From assembly GCA_951406725.2 (NCBI GenBank), contig OX597816.1, positions 71,548,001-71,612,000 of the forward strand: a stretch of 64,000 nt of DNA, in the 5' to 3' direction. Source of the DNA: Octopus vulgaris. Lineage: Eukaryota. How positions within the stretch are numbered: the first letter of the stretch is position 1; every line of letters starts with the position of its first letter. Both the position numbers and the translations under genes were made by a program. Below are positions 40,561 through 53,215 of this stretch, one piece after another. The notes below the pieces were generated by a model. That model worked only from the letters and a program-made list of their open reading frames with translations, was not told where the DNA came from and made no database searches.

Positions 40561-42738
40561 CATCATCATCATCATCATCGTTTAACGTCCGCTTTCCATG
40601 CTAGCATGGGTTGGACGGTTCAACTGGGGTCTGGGAAGCCCGAAGGCTGCACCAGGCCAGTCAGATCTGGCAGTGTTTCTACAGCTGGATGCCCTTCCTA
40701 ACGCCAACCACTCCGAGAGTGTAGTGGGTGATTTTATGTGCCACCGACACAGGTGCCAGACGAGGCTGGCAGACGGCCACGCTCGGATGGTGTTTTTTAT
40801 GTGCCACCGACACAGGTGCCAGACGAGGCTGGCAGACGGCCACGCTCGGATGGTGTTTTCTTATGTGTCACCGACACAGGTGCCAGACGAGGCTGGCGGA
40901 CGGCCACGCTCGGATGGTGTTTGTTACGTGCCCTCAGCACGGAGGCCAGTCATTGCGGTACTGGCTACGGTCACGTTCGGATGGTTTTCTTATGTGCCAC
41001 CGGCACTGGTACCACAAGGATACAAATTCCATTGATGTTCATCTATTTTGATTTGGTTCGATTTGATTTGATACGATTCGATTCTCACTTGCCTCAACAG
41101 GTCTTCACAAGTGTCACAAGAAGGAAGGTATGCACAGGTGGACTGACTACGTCCCAGGTCGGGGCCACGGATTATGGCTTCACTAGTCTTGCCGGGTCTT
41201 CTCACGCACAGCATACTTCCATAGGTCTCGGTCTCTAGTCATTTCCATGGTGAGACCTAACGTCCGAAGGTCGTGCTTCACCACCTCGTCCCAGGTTTTC
41301 CTGGGTCTACCTCTTCCACGGGTTCCCTCAACTGCTAGGGATTGGCACTTTCTCACACACCTATCTTCATCCATTCTCGCCACATGACCATACCAGCGCA
41401 ATCGTCTCTCTTGCACACAACAACTGATGCTTCTTAGGTACAACATTTCTCTCAAGGTACTAACGCTCTGTCGAGTAAGTACACTGACATTACACATCCA
41501 TCGGAGCATACTGGCTTCGTTCCTCACGAGCTTACGCATGTCCTCAGCAGTCACGGCCCATGTTTCACTGCCATGTAGCATAGCTGTTCGTACACATGCA
41601 TCATACAGTCTGCCTTTTACTCTGAGCGAGAGGCCTTTAGTCACCAGCAGAGGTAAGAGCTCCCTAAACTTTGCCCAGGCTATTCTTATTCTAGCAGTTA
41701 CACTTTCAGCGCACCCACCCCCACTACTGACTTGGTCACCTAGATAGCGGAAACTATCAACTACTTCTAGTTTTTCCCCCGGAAAGTGACAGAAGTTGTT
41801 TTCTGCAGATTTTCGGAGGTCAATGCTCCAGAGCACCTGCCACATACAAAAACTATCTTCCCAGTTAGCCTACCTTTGACATTGCTGCACCTCTTATGTG
41901 TCCATAGCTTACACTGGGTACATCTTATAGAGTTTCTACCTACACCTTTTCTACAGATCGAGCAGGGCCATCTTCCTGATGATATTTGTGGGTTTTCTAC
42001 CTTTCTACTTATTAGTACTTTGGTTTTAGCTAGGTTGACTCTAAGGCCCCTCGATTCTAAACCCTCCTTCCACACCTGGAACTTCTCCTCCAGTTCTGAT
42101 AGTGACTCAGCGATTAGAGCGAGGTCGTCAGCATAGAGGAGCTCCCAGGGGCAACCTGTCTTGAATTCCTCCGTTATTGCCTGGAGGACTATGATAAATA
42201 GGAGGGGGCTGAGTACTGAACCCTGGTGGACCCCAACCTCTACTTTGAATTCTTCTGTGTACATGTTGCCAACTCTAACCTTACTTACGGCATCTCTGTA
42301 CATGGCTTGCACAGCCCTCACCAGCCATTCATCTATCCCTAGTTTCCTCATTGACCACCAGATGAGGGATCGGGGGACCCTATCAAAGGCTTTCTCCATG
42401 TCAACGAAAGCCAGGTACAGGGGCTTATCCTTGGCTAGGTATTTCTCCTGCAGCTGCCTTACCAGGAATATAGCATCAGTGGTGCTTTTCCCTGGGACAA
42501 ACCCAAACTGCATCTCATCTAAACTAACTCTCTCTCTAATTAGTTGGGCTATGACCCTCTCCGTAACCTTCATTACCTGATTCAACAGCTTGATACCTCT
42601 GTAATTATTTGTATCCAGGGCATCACCTTTACCTTTGTAGCAGTTGACAAGTATGCTGCTACACCAGTCATTGGGTATGACTCCTTCGTGTATCACCTGG
42701 TTGACTATACGGGTGACTAGGTTATAGCCGACACTGCC
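40555..42738 (-). mobile_element. Young 5'-truncated RTE-clade non-LTR retrotransposon
   Basis: RT ORF, ~600-bp 3' UTR with 3 x ~63-bp repeats, (GAT)n tail at 40555-40579; CpGs intact; endonuclease domain absent. Confidence 0.95.
41183..42738 (-). pseudogene. RTE ORF2 reverse transcriptase (5'-truncated, one frameshift at ~41780) with inserted PHD finger
   Basis: [38 protein letters not shown] (42124-42135), [33 protein letters not shown]; the two track ORFs join across an apparent 1-nt deletion (ttccggggg). Confidence 0.95.
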
Positions 42739-42754
42739 ATATATATATATATAT

Positions 42755-42823
<69 letters not shown>

Positions 42824-43136
42824 CACATATATATATATATATATACATATATACATATATACACATATATATATATATATACATATATACACATATATAT
42901 ATATATACATATACATATATACACATATATATATACATATATATATATCCACATACACACACATATACATATATACACATATATATATATATCCACATAC
43001 ACACACATATACATATATACACATATATATATATATACATACACACACATATATATATATCCATATACATACACATATATATAAATACAAATACACACAT
43101 ATACATATATACACATATATATATATATATACACAC

Positions 43137-43169
<33 letters not shown>

Positions 43170-43258
43170 CACATATATATATATATATACATACATATAC
43201 ATATATACACATATATATATACCTATATACACATATATACATATACATATATACACAC

Positions 43259-43289
<31 letters not shown>

Positions 43290-43664
43290 CACATATACAT
43301 ATATACACATACATATATATATACATATATACACATATACATATATATATATACATATACACACATATACATATATATACACATATACATATATACACAT
43401 ATACATATATACATATATACACATATACATATATACATATATACACATATACATATATACATATATACACATATACATATATACATATATACACATATAC
43501 ATATATACATATATACACATATACATATATACATATATACACATATACACATATACATATATACACATATATATATATATATACATGCATATATACATAC
43601 ATGCATATATACATACATGCATACATACATACATACACATATATATATACACATATATATACAC

Positions 43665-43695
<31 letters not shown>

Positions 43696-43720
43696 TACAT
43701 ATACATACATATCTACACAC
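42739..43720. repeat. ~1-kb (TA/CA/TACA)n microsatellite
   Basis: Directly visible; abuts the LINE 5' truncation point. Confidence 0.95.
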
Positions 43721-43926
43721 ACACTGAGTGAGTACATAGATAGATATGTGAGTGCAACTATATATGTGTATATATTATATGTGTGGATGTATGATGATGG
43801 TGATAATGCGTGTGCATGCGAGTATTTGTATAAATGGGGACTACCTGTTCCTAGAGGCATGTAATGTTGATAACATGACTGTAGCACATATTTAATAGAT
43901 TACCATGAAAGACACAGACACGGGAT

Positions 43927-43973
<47 letters not shown>

Positions 43974-44057
43974 AAAGCACCTTTATCATCATCATCATCA
44001 TCATCATAACTGCTACTAATACTACTACTATTTTTCTTGTTGCTTCAACGTTGACAG

Positions 44058-44160
44058 ACAAGGAGACTATTACAGTTCCTCTGAGACTGAAGACATTGGT
44101 CAGGAAGGACAATTGGCATCAATGTTTGCTGGTCTCATGCCAAATGACACCAACATGTAG
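44058..44160 (+). CDS. Candidate terminal coding exon (QGDYYSSSETEDIGQEGQLASMFAGLMPNDTNM*)
   Basis: Pyrimidine tract tttttcttgttgcttc...gacAG acceptor; unique, protein-like island between microsatellites; TAG at 44158-44160. No homology recognised. Confidence 0.3.
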
Positions 44161-44162
44161 CA

Positions 44163-44198
<36 letters not shown>

Positions 44199-44278
44199 AG
44201 ACATGTATACAGACACATGTGCATGTGTGTATGTCTAGATATACACATTTCGTACATGCTCAGTATGTAAATGGCAGG

Positions 44279-44326
<48 letters not shown>

Positions 44327-44571
44327 GTACAAGGATACACATACTTAGATAGATGCACATATAAACTTATATACATACACAAGCAAGTACATACGTATAC
44401 ATCTAACATATACATACACATATATATACAATGCTCTTCTGATACTGATGTCCATACCTATGTATGGTACCCTCATCAGAACTTACACACAGCATGTAGA
44501 AAAGCAGAGTGTAGAGAGAGAGCACACTATTGGGACAGTAGAGAATGGGAGAGACAGACAGATAGATAGAC

Positions 44572-44618
<47 letters not shown>

Positions 44619-44883
44619 GTGATAGTTGTAATGTTGGTTAAGCTAAAAGGTTAGTGAAATGTGAAAGGTGGTTCATTTTGGGAATTATATCTTTTGTTTT
44701 TTTTTTTGTTTTTTTTGTTTTTTTTTTTACAAGTTTCAGTCTACAGAAAGAAAGAACTAAACTTCCCCACCTCCTCCACCCATCTACCACCATCATCATC
44801 ACCTTCACACCCGCCCTGCCTCCCCGTCAGCCTACCTCCTTCCATCTCCTCCCACCGTGTGAACTCACTAAATCCATTACACA

Positions 44884-44956
44884 GATGACAACGCTGTTGA
44901 TGACAATGAAGACGATGATGATGACGATGATGTTAACAATGATGGTGACGATGCTC

Positions 44957-44989
<33 letters not shown>

Positions 44990-45167
44990 TCAGTGATGAT
45001 CACGGTGGTAGTGGTGGTGGTGTTGCTGTTGATCATCATGACGGTGGAATTGATGATGATGATGATGATAGTGGTGGTTATGATAATGACTATGATGACG
45101 ATGGTGGTGGTGGCGGTGGTGGTGGTGTTAATGATGACGATGGTGGTGGTGACAAAGATGATGATGT
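44884..45167. repeat. (GAT/GGT)n trinucleotide tract
   Basis: Directly visible. Confidence 0.9.
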
Positions 45168-45474
45168 AATGTTTAATTGTACCTCTTCATAGTTGACAGT
45201 CATCAGATTCATCATTTTCCAGTAAAATTTTCCTTTTTTTTTTTTTTATTTATTTCGGTAATGATTCACAATGATGAAGAACAAAAAAAAAACTAACAAA
45301 CAGAAAAAAACAAAAGAGTTGCGAACGGATGTGAATGTCTATATTTTCAAGGATGTAATAAAAAAAAAAGATGTAAATAATATGCATGCATGCATGCGTG
45401 TGTGTGGGTGTGTGTGTGTATATATATATATATTATATATATAGATAGAGAGATTGATAGATAGACACAAACAC

Positions 45475-45511
<37 letters not shown>

Positions 45512-45512
45512 T

Positions 45513-45547
<35 letters not shown>

Positions 45548-45676
45548 CATGCATACATACACATGTATACATACACATATGCACACATATAAATACATAT
45601 ATACAAACACATATGTACTTGCATATACATGCATACCTCTCCATATGCATAGGTATATTTACATATAGAAATGTGT

Positions 45677-45725
<49 letters not shown>

Positions 45726-46773
45726 CATGCATATACATATGTACACACATCAGTTCATACATATATATTAATACAATGTATGTAATTAAGGATGAGACTG
45801 GGCAAAAAAAAAGTATAAATAAATAAACAACAAAATTCAATATTTCAAAAATAATGTGTTTTTTTTTTTTCACTTGTAGTATCAGGAAATTGGTTGGCAT
45901 CCACATGTGTTTAATGAAAGATGTAAATGTTCCTGGGAACAAAGCTCTCTCTCTCTCTCATTCACCTTCCTCTCTTCCTTTTTCTCTCCACCCTACTCAC
46001 TCTTCCTCTTACTCTCCACCTACACTCTCTTCCTCTCTCTCTTTCTCTTGTCTCCAGTCTCTCTTCTCTACTATCTCATTCTTCATCCCTTTCTATTTCT
46101 TCCTCCCTTTCTATTTCTTCCTCCTTTTCTATCTCTCTCTCTCTCTCACACCTTCCTCTTTCTTCCTTTCCATCCTACTCTTTTCCTCTCTCTCTTGCCC
46201 CCCCCCCCCAGTCTCTCTTTTTGTCTCTCTCTCTAAATCTCCCTCCACCCTTCTCTCTCTCTCTGTCTACAGTCACACCAAAACATTAATTCTCTTTCTC
46301 TAACAATCCACAAAAAAAAAAGGAAACGAGAAGTTTCTAAATTATTGCTGAATCTTGATAGAAATAGTAGCTAAATTTCCCTCAAACAACACCTTGCCAA
46401 ATTTTAAATAATAGATTTATGCATTAAATAACATATGTATTAAAAACTTTCAAAACACTAAGTCTTAAATAAGCGTAAAATGACAAATAATGATGGTTAA
46501 AATGCCTTTGGTTAGATATATGAGTCTACAGGATCAAAGCTGACCCAGGGTTAAACAATAGCAATAACACTCACACTATGATACATATAGCACCCACTCA
46601 CACATACACATACAACAATATGCAGACATATTCATACAGTGATGTATATAGACACACAAAGATAATGACACACAAGCATAATGACACATGCACAGTGATA
46701 AACATTGACACACAGATACCCATTGACATACATAGAGACATTCCTACAATGCTGCACACATAGACACACAATC

Positions 46774-46808
<35 letters not shown>

Positions 46809-46826
46809 TATATATGTATGTTTGTA

Positions 46827-47308
46827 TTTTATTTATATTAAGGGCATTACTATACATAAATGCCTCACATTAGGAGGGACTCTTAAAGTCAAAACTACCA
46901 TAATAAACATTATAAATATTATGATAAACATAATAAATATTATGGTAGTCTTGACTTTAAGAGTCCGTCCTAGCATGAGGCATTTAAGTATAGTAATACC
47001 CTTAATATAAATAAATATATTTAAAAGGAATAATTAATAAATTTTTCCCTTACAAGGTTTTTCCCGTTAACTACTTGATAAATTCTTATAAAGATTTTAT
47101 CCAATTTTTCAATTATATATATATTCAAAATGTGACCGCATGTGTACCGTTGGCGATTTTTTTTCCTCTGTCTTCCCTTCTCCTATGTTTCCGACAAAGA
47201 GCTCCACTCGAAACATTAAACCCTCCTTCTTTCCTGAGCGTCCAATAATACTACATTTGTTCCACGTCCTCGCGTTGTTGTGTTTTTTGTGCTTTTTTGT
47301 TTGGATTA

Positions 47309-47312
<4 letters not shown>
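46827..47312. mobile_element. ~80-bp-arm palindrome followed by a Penelope-like fragment with decayed hammerhead
   Basis: Arms ~46827-46905 / 46938-47017; gttt-CCGACAA-A-GAG-ctcca-CTC-GAAA-CATT-aaac at 47187-47221. Confidence 0.5.
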
Positions 47313-47349
<37 letters not shown>

Positions 47350-48291
47350 CACACACTGATACATACATAGAAACACACAGAGTCTGACACAGAAACACAA
47401 ACATTGACACACACAGACACACACATGCACAATGATATACGAAGATACACACACAAAACGAGATACACAAACACAATACACAGACATACACACACACAAA
47501 ATGGTACAGATACATACACATTGATACAGAGACATGCACAATGACACACACACACACACACACTATGATATACATAGCCATACATAGAACTGATATACAC
47601 ACACACTTATTCTAAATCTCGACCACAACATTAACTCCTGGTTGCAACCATATTATTTGCATCTTGCATTCTGATGTTAATTCTTAACTCCCAGATAAGC
47701 TCTGACAAAGCAGACATGATCAAAAAGCACTCTATCCATGACCATCCCAGTTTCTTATTATATCTAATATATCTTTTATTTAAGGCAGTGGAGTGTGAGT
47801 TAAGAGAGATATGGCTGCTATTTCTAGGATGATTGAATAACCATGAAGAGGCTCTATCTTTGGCTTGACTTTTGTCTTCCTTAGAGCAACAGCTTTTGAA
47901 AAACACATGCTGTCAGTTATGACAATGAGGATTCTGAATGATCCAATTATCCAAATGGCTGAGTATTCCACAGACATGTACTCTTAACGTAGTTCTCCAA
48001 GAGATTCAGCATGACACAGAGTATGACAGGGCTAGCCCTTTGAAATACAGGTACTACACGTTTTTGCCAGCTGAGCGGACTGGAGCAACGTGAAATAAAG
48101 GGTTTGGCTCAAGAATACACTGCATTGCTGAGAATCGAACTCACAACCTTACAATCATGAACCAAATACCCTAACCAATAATCCATGCACCTTCACACAC
48201 ACACACCATGCTCAACACATTACACATGTATTCATAGTTTGTACTCTTCTTTATAAGTACAAGGTTATCAGGGACAGTACATGAAGTTCTT

Positions 48292-48475
48292 TAAGAGATG
48301 AGGAATTATGTACATTATTTACATTTGATGGATATTTGTCCTTATCTTCTTTGTTAACACAACGGTTTGGCTGATATACCTTCCACCTTCATCAGGTGTC
48401 TTGGGGAAATTTCGAACCTGGGTTCTCATTCCTAAGGTATTTTTCGATGTTGTTATCATTATTATTATTATCATG

Positions 48476-48510
<35 letters not shown>

Positions 48511-48838
48511 CATGATTATTATTATTATTATTATCATGATTATTATTATTATTATTATCATGATTATTATTATTATTATTATTATTATCATGATTATTAT
48601 TATTATTATTATCATGATTATTATTATTATTATTATCATGATTATTATTATCATGATTATTATTATTAATATTAATATTATTATTATTCAGGCCACTGCC
48701 TGGAATCGAACTCGGAATCTTGGGGTTCGAAATTTCCCCAAGACACCTGATGAAGGCTGGAGGGTATATCAGCCGAAACGTTGTGTTAACAACAAACAAG
48801 ATGAGGGCAAATATCCGTCAAATGTAAATAATGTAAAG
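48292..48838. mobile_element. Inverted pair of tRNA-head / (AAT)n / hammerhead element
   Basis: Minus copy 48292-48727 (B box ggaatcgaac retained) fused through GGTT microhomology to a 5'-truncated plus copy 48724-48838. Confidence 0.85.
48742..48787 (+). ncRNA. Minimal type-I hammerhead ribozyme, intact core
   Basis: GACAC-CUGAUGA-A-GGCUG-gaggguauau-CAGCC-GAAA-CGU-U-GUGUU; palindromic AACGUU stem III implies dimer folding; predicted cleavage after 48782. Confidence 0.8.
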
Positions 48839-49027
48839 AACAGTACATGCTTTACTGTACTGATGAGTATATACATTACAGCAGTATGTTATATGATGAG
48901 TACGCATATACATACAGTCATAGCCTAAAGTTTGGAATACGGGTCTGAAAATTAGAATTTTTATATTAAATGCCTGAATATATATGTTGTATATATTTGA
49001 ATTGAATTGTACTTGGGCTTAACAATT

Positions 49028-49293
49028 TTAAAGAATGTCATTGTGTAAAGCTGGAACAATGTAAGAACGTACAAAGTAAACTAAAAATTGCAATGAACGC
49101 AAAGCAAAATTGTAGTTTTACCTTGTAATTCTATATTACAGTGTGAAGACCCCTTCTTCAGGACATTCAGAAAAGCAGTGTGGTTGATAAATGTCTGTTG
49201 CTGCAAAACTGCAACTTTGTTTTATTTTATTTTATTTTCAGTTTACTTTTTGTCCTTCCTCGCATAGTTCTGGCTTTACACAACCACATTCTT
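49028..49293. mobile_element. Degenerate fold-back with truncated hammerhead core
   Basis: Arms aaagaatg..tgtgtaaagctggaac / gttctggctttacaca..cattcttt; minus aatgtc-CTGAAGA-AGGG at 49161-49155; GAAA half missing. Confidence 0.4.
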
Positions 49294-49717
49294 TAATCCT
49301 TTCGTTACCAACCCGGCTAAAACTACCTCTAGCTCTGTGATACAAAAATCTTGTTTTCCTAATGTTCCAAACACTAGCTTAATGATAACTAAGTTATTTT
49401 ACTAAATTCCTCGTTATATTTAAAATTAATTGAAAGAAACACAGAGCATCTCAACAGAAATATGGTAACAAAAGGGTTAAAATATATAACAGAGAAACAA
49501 TTCTTAACCCTTTTGATACCAACCCGGCTGAAACTGCCTCTGGCTCTGTAGTACAAATGTCTTGTTTTCATAAGTTTTGAATTAAAATCTTCCACCAAAC
49601 CTTAGTCACAATTAATGTTCCTAACACTAGCTGAATGATAACTAAGTTATTTTACTAAATTCTTTGTTATATTTAAAATTGATTGAAAGAAACACAGAGC
49701 ATCTCAAAATGAGTTAA
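49293..49717. mobile_element. Dimeric TTAA-flanked piggyBac-like MITE (second locus)
   Basis: Units 49293-49480 and 49504-49717, same spacer as at 8321-8343. Confidence 0.8.
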
Positions 49718-50496
49718 ATTATACCTCACCATGCTTCTCAAAAACTACCTCATAATAACAATTTTAATTTTTAAAAAAATGTTCCAAACTTTTGGCTACA
49801 AGTGTATACATATATCATCATTTAATGTCTTTTTCCTGACATGTGTTTGCCACTTCTGAAGGAGCTGGTGAGTCAGGGAACTGCACCAAACTTCAGTGTT
49901 TGCTTTGGTATGGTTTCTATGGCTGGATGATCCTACTAATGCTAACCACTTTACAGAGTATACTGGGTGCTTTCCACATAGGACTGGCTCCAGTGAGGTC
50001 ACCAAGTATCTTGTAAGACAAAAATCCCTTCAACTAAGAGGTGGGGAGTAGTACTGAGGGGGGTGATTCTGTTGCAGGTGATAAGGGGCTAAAATATGAT
50101 AGAGGGACAGAAACAGGTGATTTGCTGCAGAGGTGACACATGGTTATCTCAGGTGGGAGAGAAAGAAAGAGGATGGTGATGAGGATGTATCAGAGGGTAA
50201 GCTCAAGTTACAGAAAAGTGAATAAAGGGGAAGCGGTGGGTAAGTTTGTGGGAGTGTGAGAGGCAAGTGGCAGATAGATAGGAGTCACTGAATGTCCATT
50301 GATCGGATCGACTGGAACACATTGGATCACAACTGAAAGAGAGTCAGGAGGAACCATGCAAATGACAGCTGCTGCTCCTAGAGTCTGTTTCCATCATTCA
50401 TTGTCATTCAGATCTCCATATATTCCACATACTTAACAGCATGCAGGGTGCACCATGCTGGCAAACACCCAAAATCCTCAAATTATATTAGTAATA

Positions 50497-50733
50497 TGTT
50501 TCTTTATTACCCACAAGGGGCTAAACATAGAAGGGACAAACAAGGACAGACAAACGAATTAAGTCAATTACATCGACCCAAGTGCGTAACTGGTACTTAA
50601 TTTATCGACTCCGAAAGGATGAAAGGCAAAGTTGACCTCAGCGGAGTTTGAACTCAGAACGTAACGGCAGACGAAATAAATACGGCTACGCATTTCGCCC
50701 GGCATGCTAATGGTTCTGCCAGCTCACCGCCTT
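50497..50733 (-). mobile_element. SINE family B with TSD aaattatatta(g/c)taat
   Basis: Full copy with flanking duplication. Confidence 0.9.
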
Positions 50734-50834
50734 GAAATTATATTACTAATTATCTTAGTAATAGTTAGCTACAAGTGAAAACCGTCTATTCGTGGGGTGG
50801 GCAGTGTGGACACACCTAACAGCAATGCATACAA

Positions 50835-51172
50835 TAGTGGTTCTCAACTATTTTTTATTTATTCATCCCTTTGGTTATTATTTTATTCTGGTGGACCCCA
50901 ATTGCCATTCAATGTTTAAAAACTAGCTTTATAGAAACTTCTTTCAAAGTTCCTATTTTGTTTTCTTTTTAGCTTGTGTAGGTTGAACTGTGTAAAACAT
51001 TACAGAAAGAAATCTTGCTATTTCTTGTAATAAATACATCTAAAACGAAATCTTTTCAAGGACACTTAATAAACTATTATGGGGCCCTAATTTATTATCT
51101 TGCTTGTGTAGACCCCAAGAAATCTTATATGAATCCCTGGGGGTTGATATGGACCCCAGTTGAGAACCATGG
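50835..51172. mobile_element. hAT-like MITE
   Basis: TIRs tagtggttctcaac / gttgagaacca; related relic at ~5885-6115. Confidence 0.65.
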
Positions 51173-51564
51173 ACTGCTTTTTCTCTGACTGAACCTATTC
51201 ATGCCCTTCTACTGAATGACTGCTTTTTCTTATTCTATGTCTTTCAATTAGACCAGGAGCCAGAAGTTTGGTCCTCTGTGTACAGTCATCAACAGGGCAG
51301 AATGGAGAGAGAGTAGAAGCTTTATATACCAACTGGCAAGAAGTAGAGAGAAGAAAACAGAATCAACATCGTCATCATCGTTTAATGCCCGCTCCCCATG
51401 CTGGCATGAGTTGGACAGTTTGACAACTGGCTAGCAGGGAGCTGTCCAGACTCCAATTGTCTGTTGTGGAATGGTTTCTACAGCTGGATGCCCTTCCTAA
51501 TGCCAACCACTTAGCAGAATGTGTTGAATGCTTCTTACATGCTACTGGCATGAGTGCAATTACA

Positions 51565-51810
51565 TAGCACCAACATGGGTGCATTAATGCAGCACCAGCA
51601 TGGGTGCGTTAATACAGTACCAGCATGGGTGCATTAACGCAGCACTGGCACGGGTGTGTTAATGCAGTACCAGCATGGGTGCGTTAACACAGTACCAGCA
51701 TGGGTGCGTTAATGCAGCACTGGCACGGGTGCGTTAATGCAGTACCAGCATGGGTGCGTTAACACAGTACCAGCATGGGTGCGTTAACGCAGCACTGGCA
51801 CGGGTGCTTT
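51565..51810. repeat. 25-bp minisatellite (gcagtaccagcatgggtgcgttaat) within an RTE 3'-UTR copy (51367-51965, minus)
   Basis: About 9-10 tandem units. Confidence 0.9.
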
Positions 51811-52403
51811 TCAAGTGGCACCAGCACTTGAAAGGACAAGCCTGTATGTGTGAAACAGCAATTTTACTTAAGCTTGACATGTCTTATCAAGTACAGCAAA
51901 TCACATCTCCCAGACCCTTGTCATTTCCTCAATGAGGCCCAGCATTCGAAGACCCTTTCCACATCATGTAGTAATTCAGAAATGATGTTATTTAAAATGT
52001 TGAATTGTATATTTGAAGGCAGTAATGGAAGTGTCATACTTGTGGCTTATCATGGAGGAGAAAATTCTTCAGAAAATCAAGTGTCTCCTTGACTTTGCCT
52101 TCTGAGCAGCATGAACCAAAAGTTAATACTGGCCAATTCCCGGCACCACAAAGTTAAGAGTATTTGTTATTCAAGTAATGATATGTAGGTTGCTACTCTA
52201 GTCCTTTTGCAGGGATCATACAAAAAAGCTCCCATCAACTATTGTATTTCTTGTATGTCTGCTTAGAAGAATTTGTTTGATTCCCATCTGCCTCAATCTA
52301 TCACAGTTCATCAGTTTGTTGTTCTCTTGTAACAGCTTTTGACTATTTTGATTGAAGCGGCATGACCTGTCCATTCATAAATAAGAAAGAGAGAGACAGA
52401 CAG

Positions 52404-52440
<37 letters not shown>

Positions 52441-53146
52441 ACATCCAGTACATTGTGTAAAGTGGTTGACTTTAGGAAAGACATCCAGTTATAAAAACTG
52501 TGCTAAAGCAAACACTGGAAGTCTTTAGGCCCACTGGATCCTGTTGAACTGTTCAACCCATATCAGCATGGAACAGGGATGATAAATGATATTAACAATG
52601 ATATATATGTGTGTATGTGTGTGTATAATTTTGGATTTTGATTGGGTAAAACCTTTGTGTGTTCCTTGTACATCACTCAGTATGAATTCTTGCTTATCTA
52701 AGCTTCAAGATCAGTAGTTAATATAACCATTCTATAAAAAATAAACCATTGGTGCAGAAAATCCAGGTACCAATTATTCATAGAATGAATTGGTATGTAA
52801 TTTTTGAAGAGTAAGATAGAAGGCAAAGATGATGTTATTAGTATCAGTTACAATTGTTTCAGGACTAGTATAAAACAATGCATGCTTACCATTTACTATT
52901 CCAACCACAAATGTTATATAATTCTTTTCTTTTATTCTTTTATTTCTTTCAGTCATTTGACAGCGGCCATGCTGGAGAACTGGCTTTAGTTGAGCAAATT
53001 GACCCCAGGACTTATTCTTTGTAAGCCTAGTACTTATTCTATCGGTCTCTCTTGCCGAACTACTAGGTGACGGGGATGTAAATACACCACCATTGGTTGT
53101 CAAACGACGTTGGGGGGACAAACACAGACACACACACATATGCACG

Positions 53147-53182
<36 letters not shown>

Positions 53183-53215
53183 CACGACGGGCTTCTTTCA
53201 GTTTCCATCTACCAA

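Noticed and set aside
39458-40585. 375-aa ORF and the many other YI/HT/CV/ER-rich ORFs
   Set aside because: Translations of dinucleotide repeats that lack stop codons.
41767-43887. 706-aa ORF as a single protein
   Set aside because: The N-terminal ~380 codons are read through a stop-free TA/CA microsatellite; only 42738 downward is RT.
44654-45169. Hydrophobic Met/Val-rich membrane-protein-like ORF
   Set aside because: Product of (GAT/GGT)n trinucleotide repeats.
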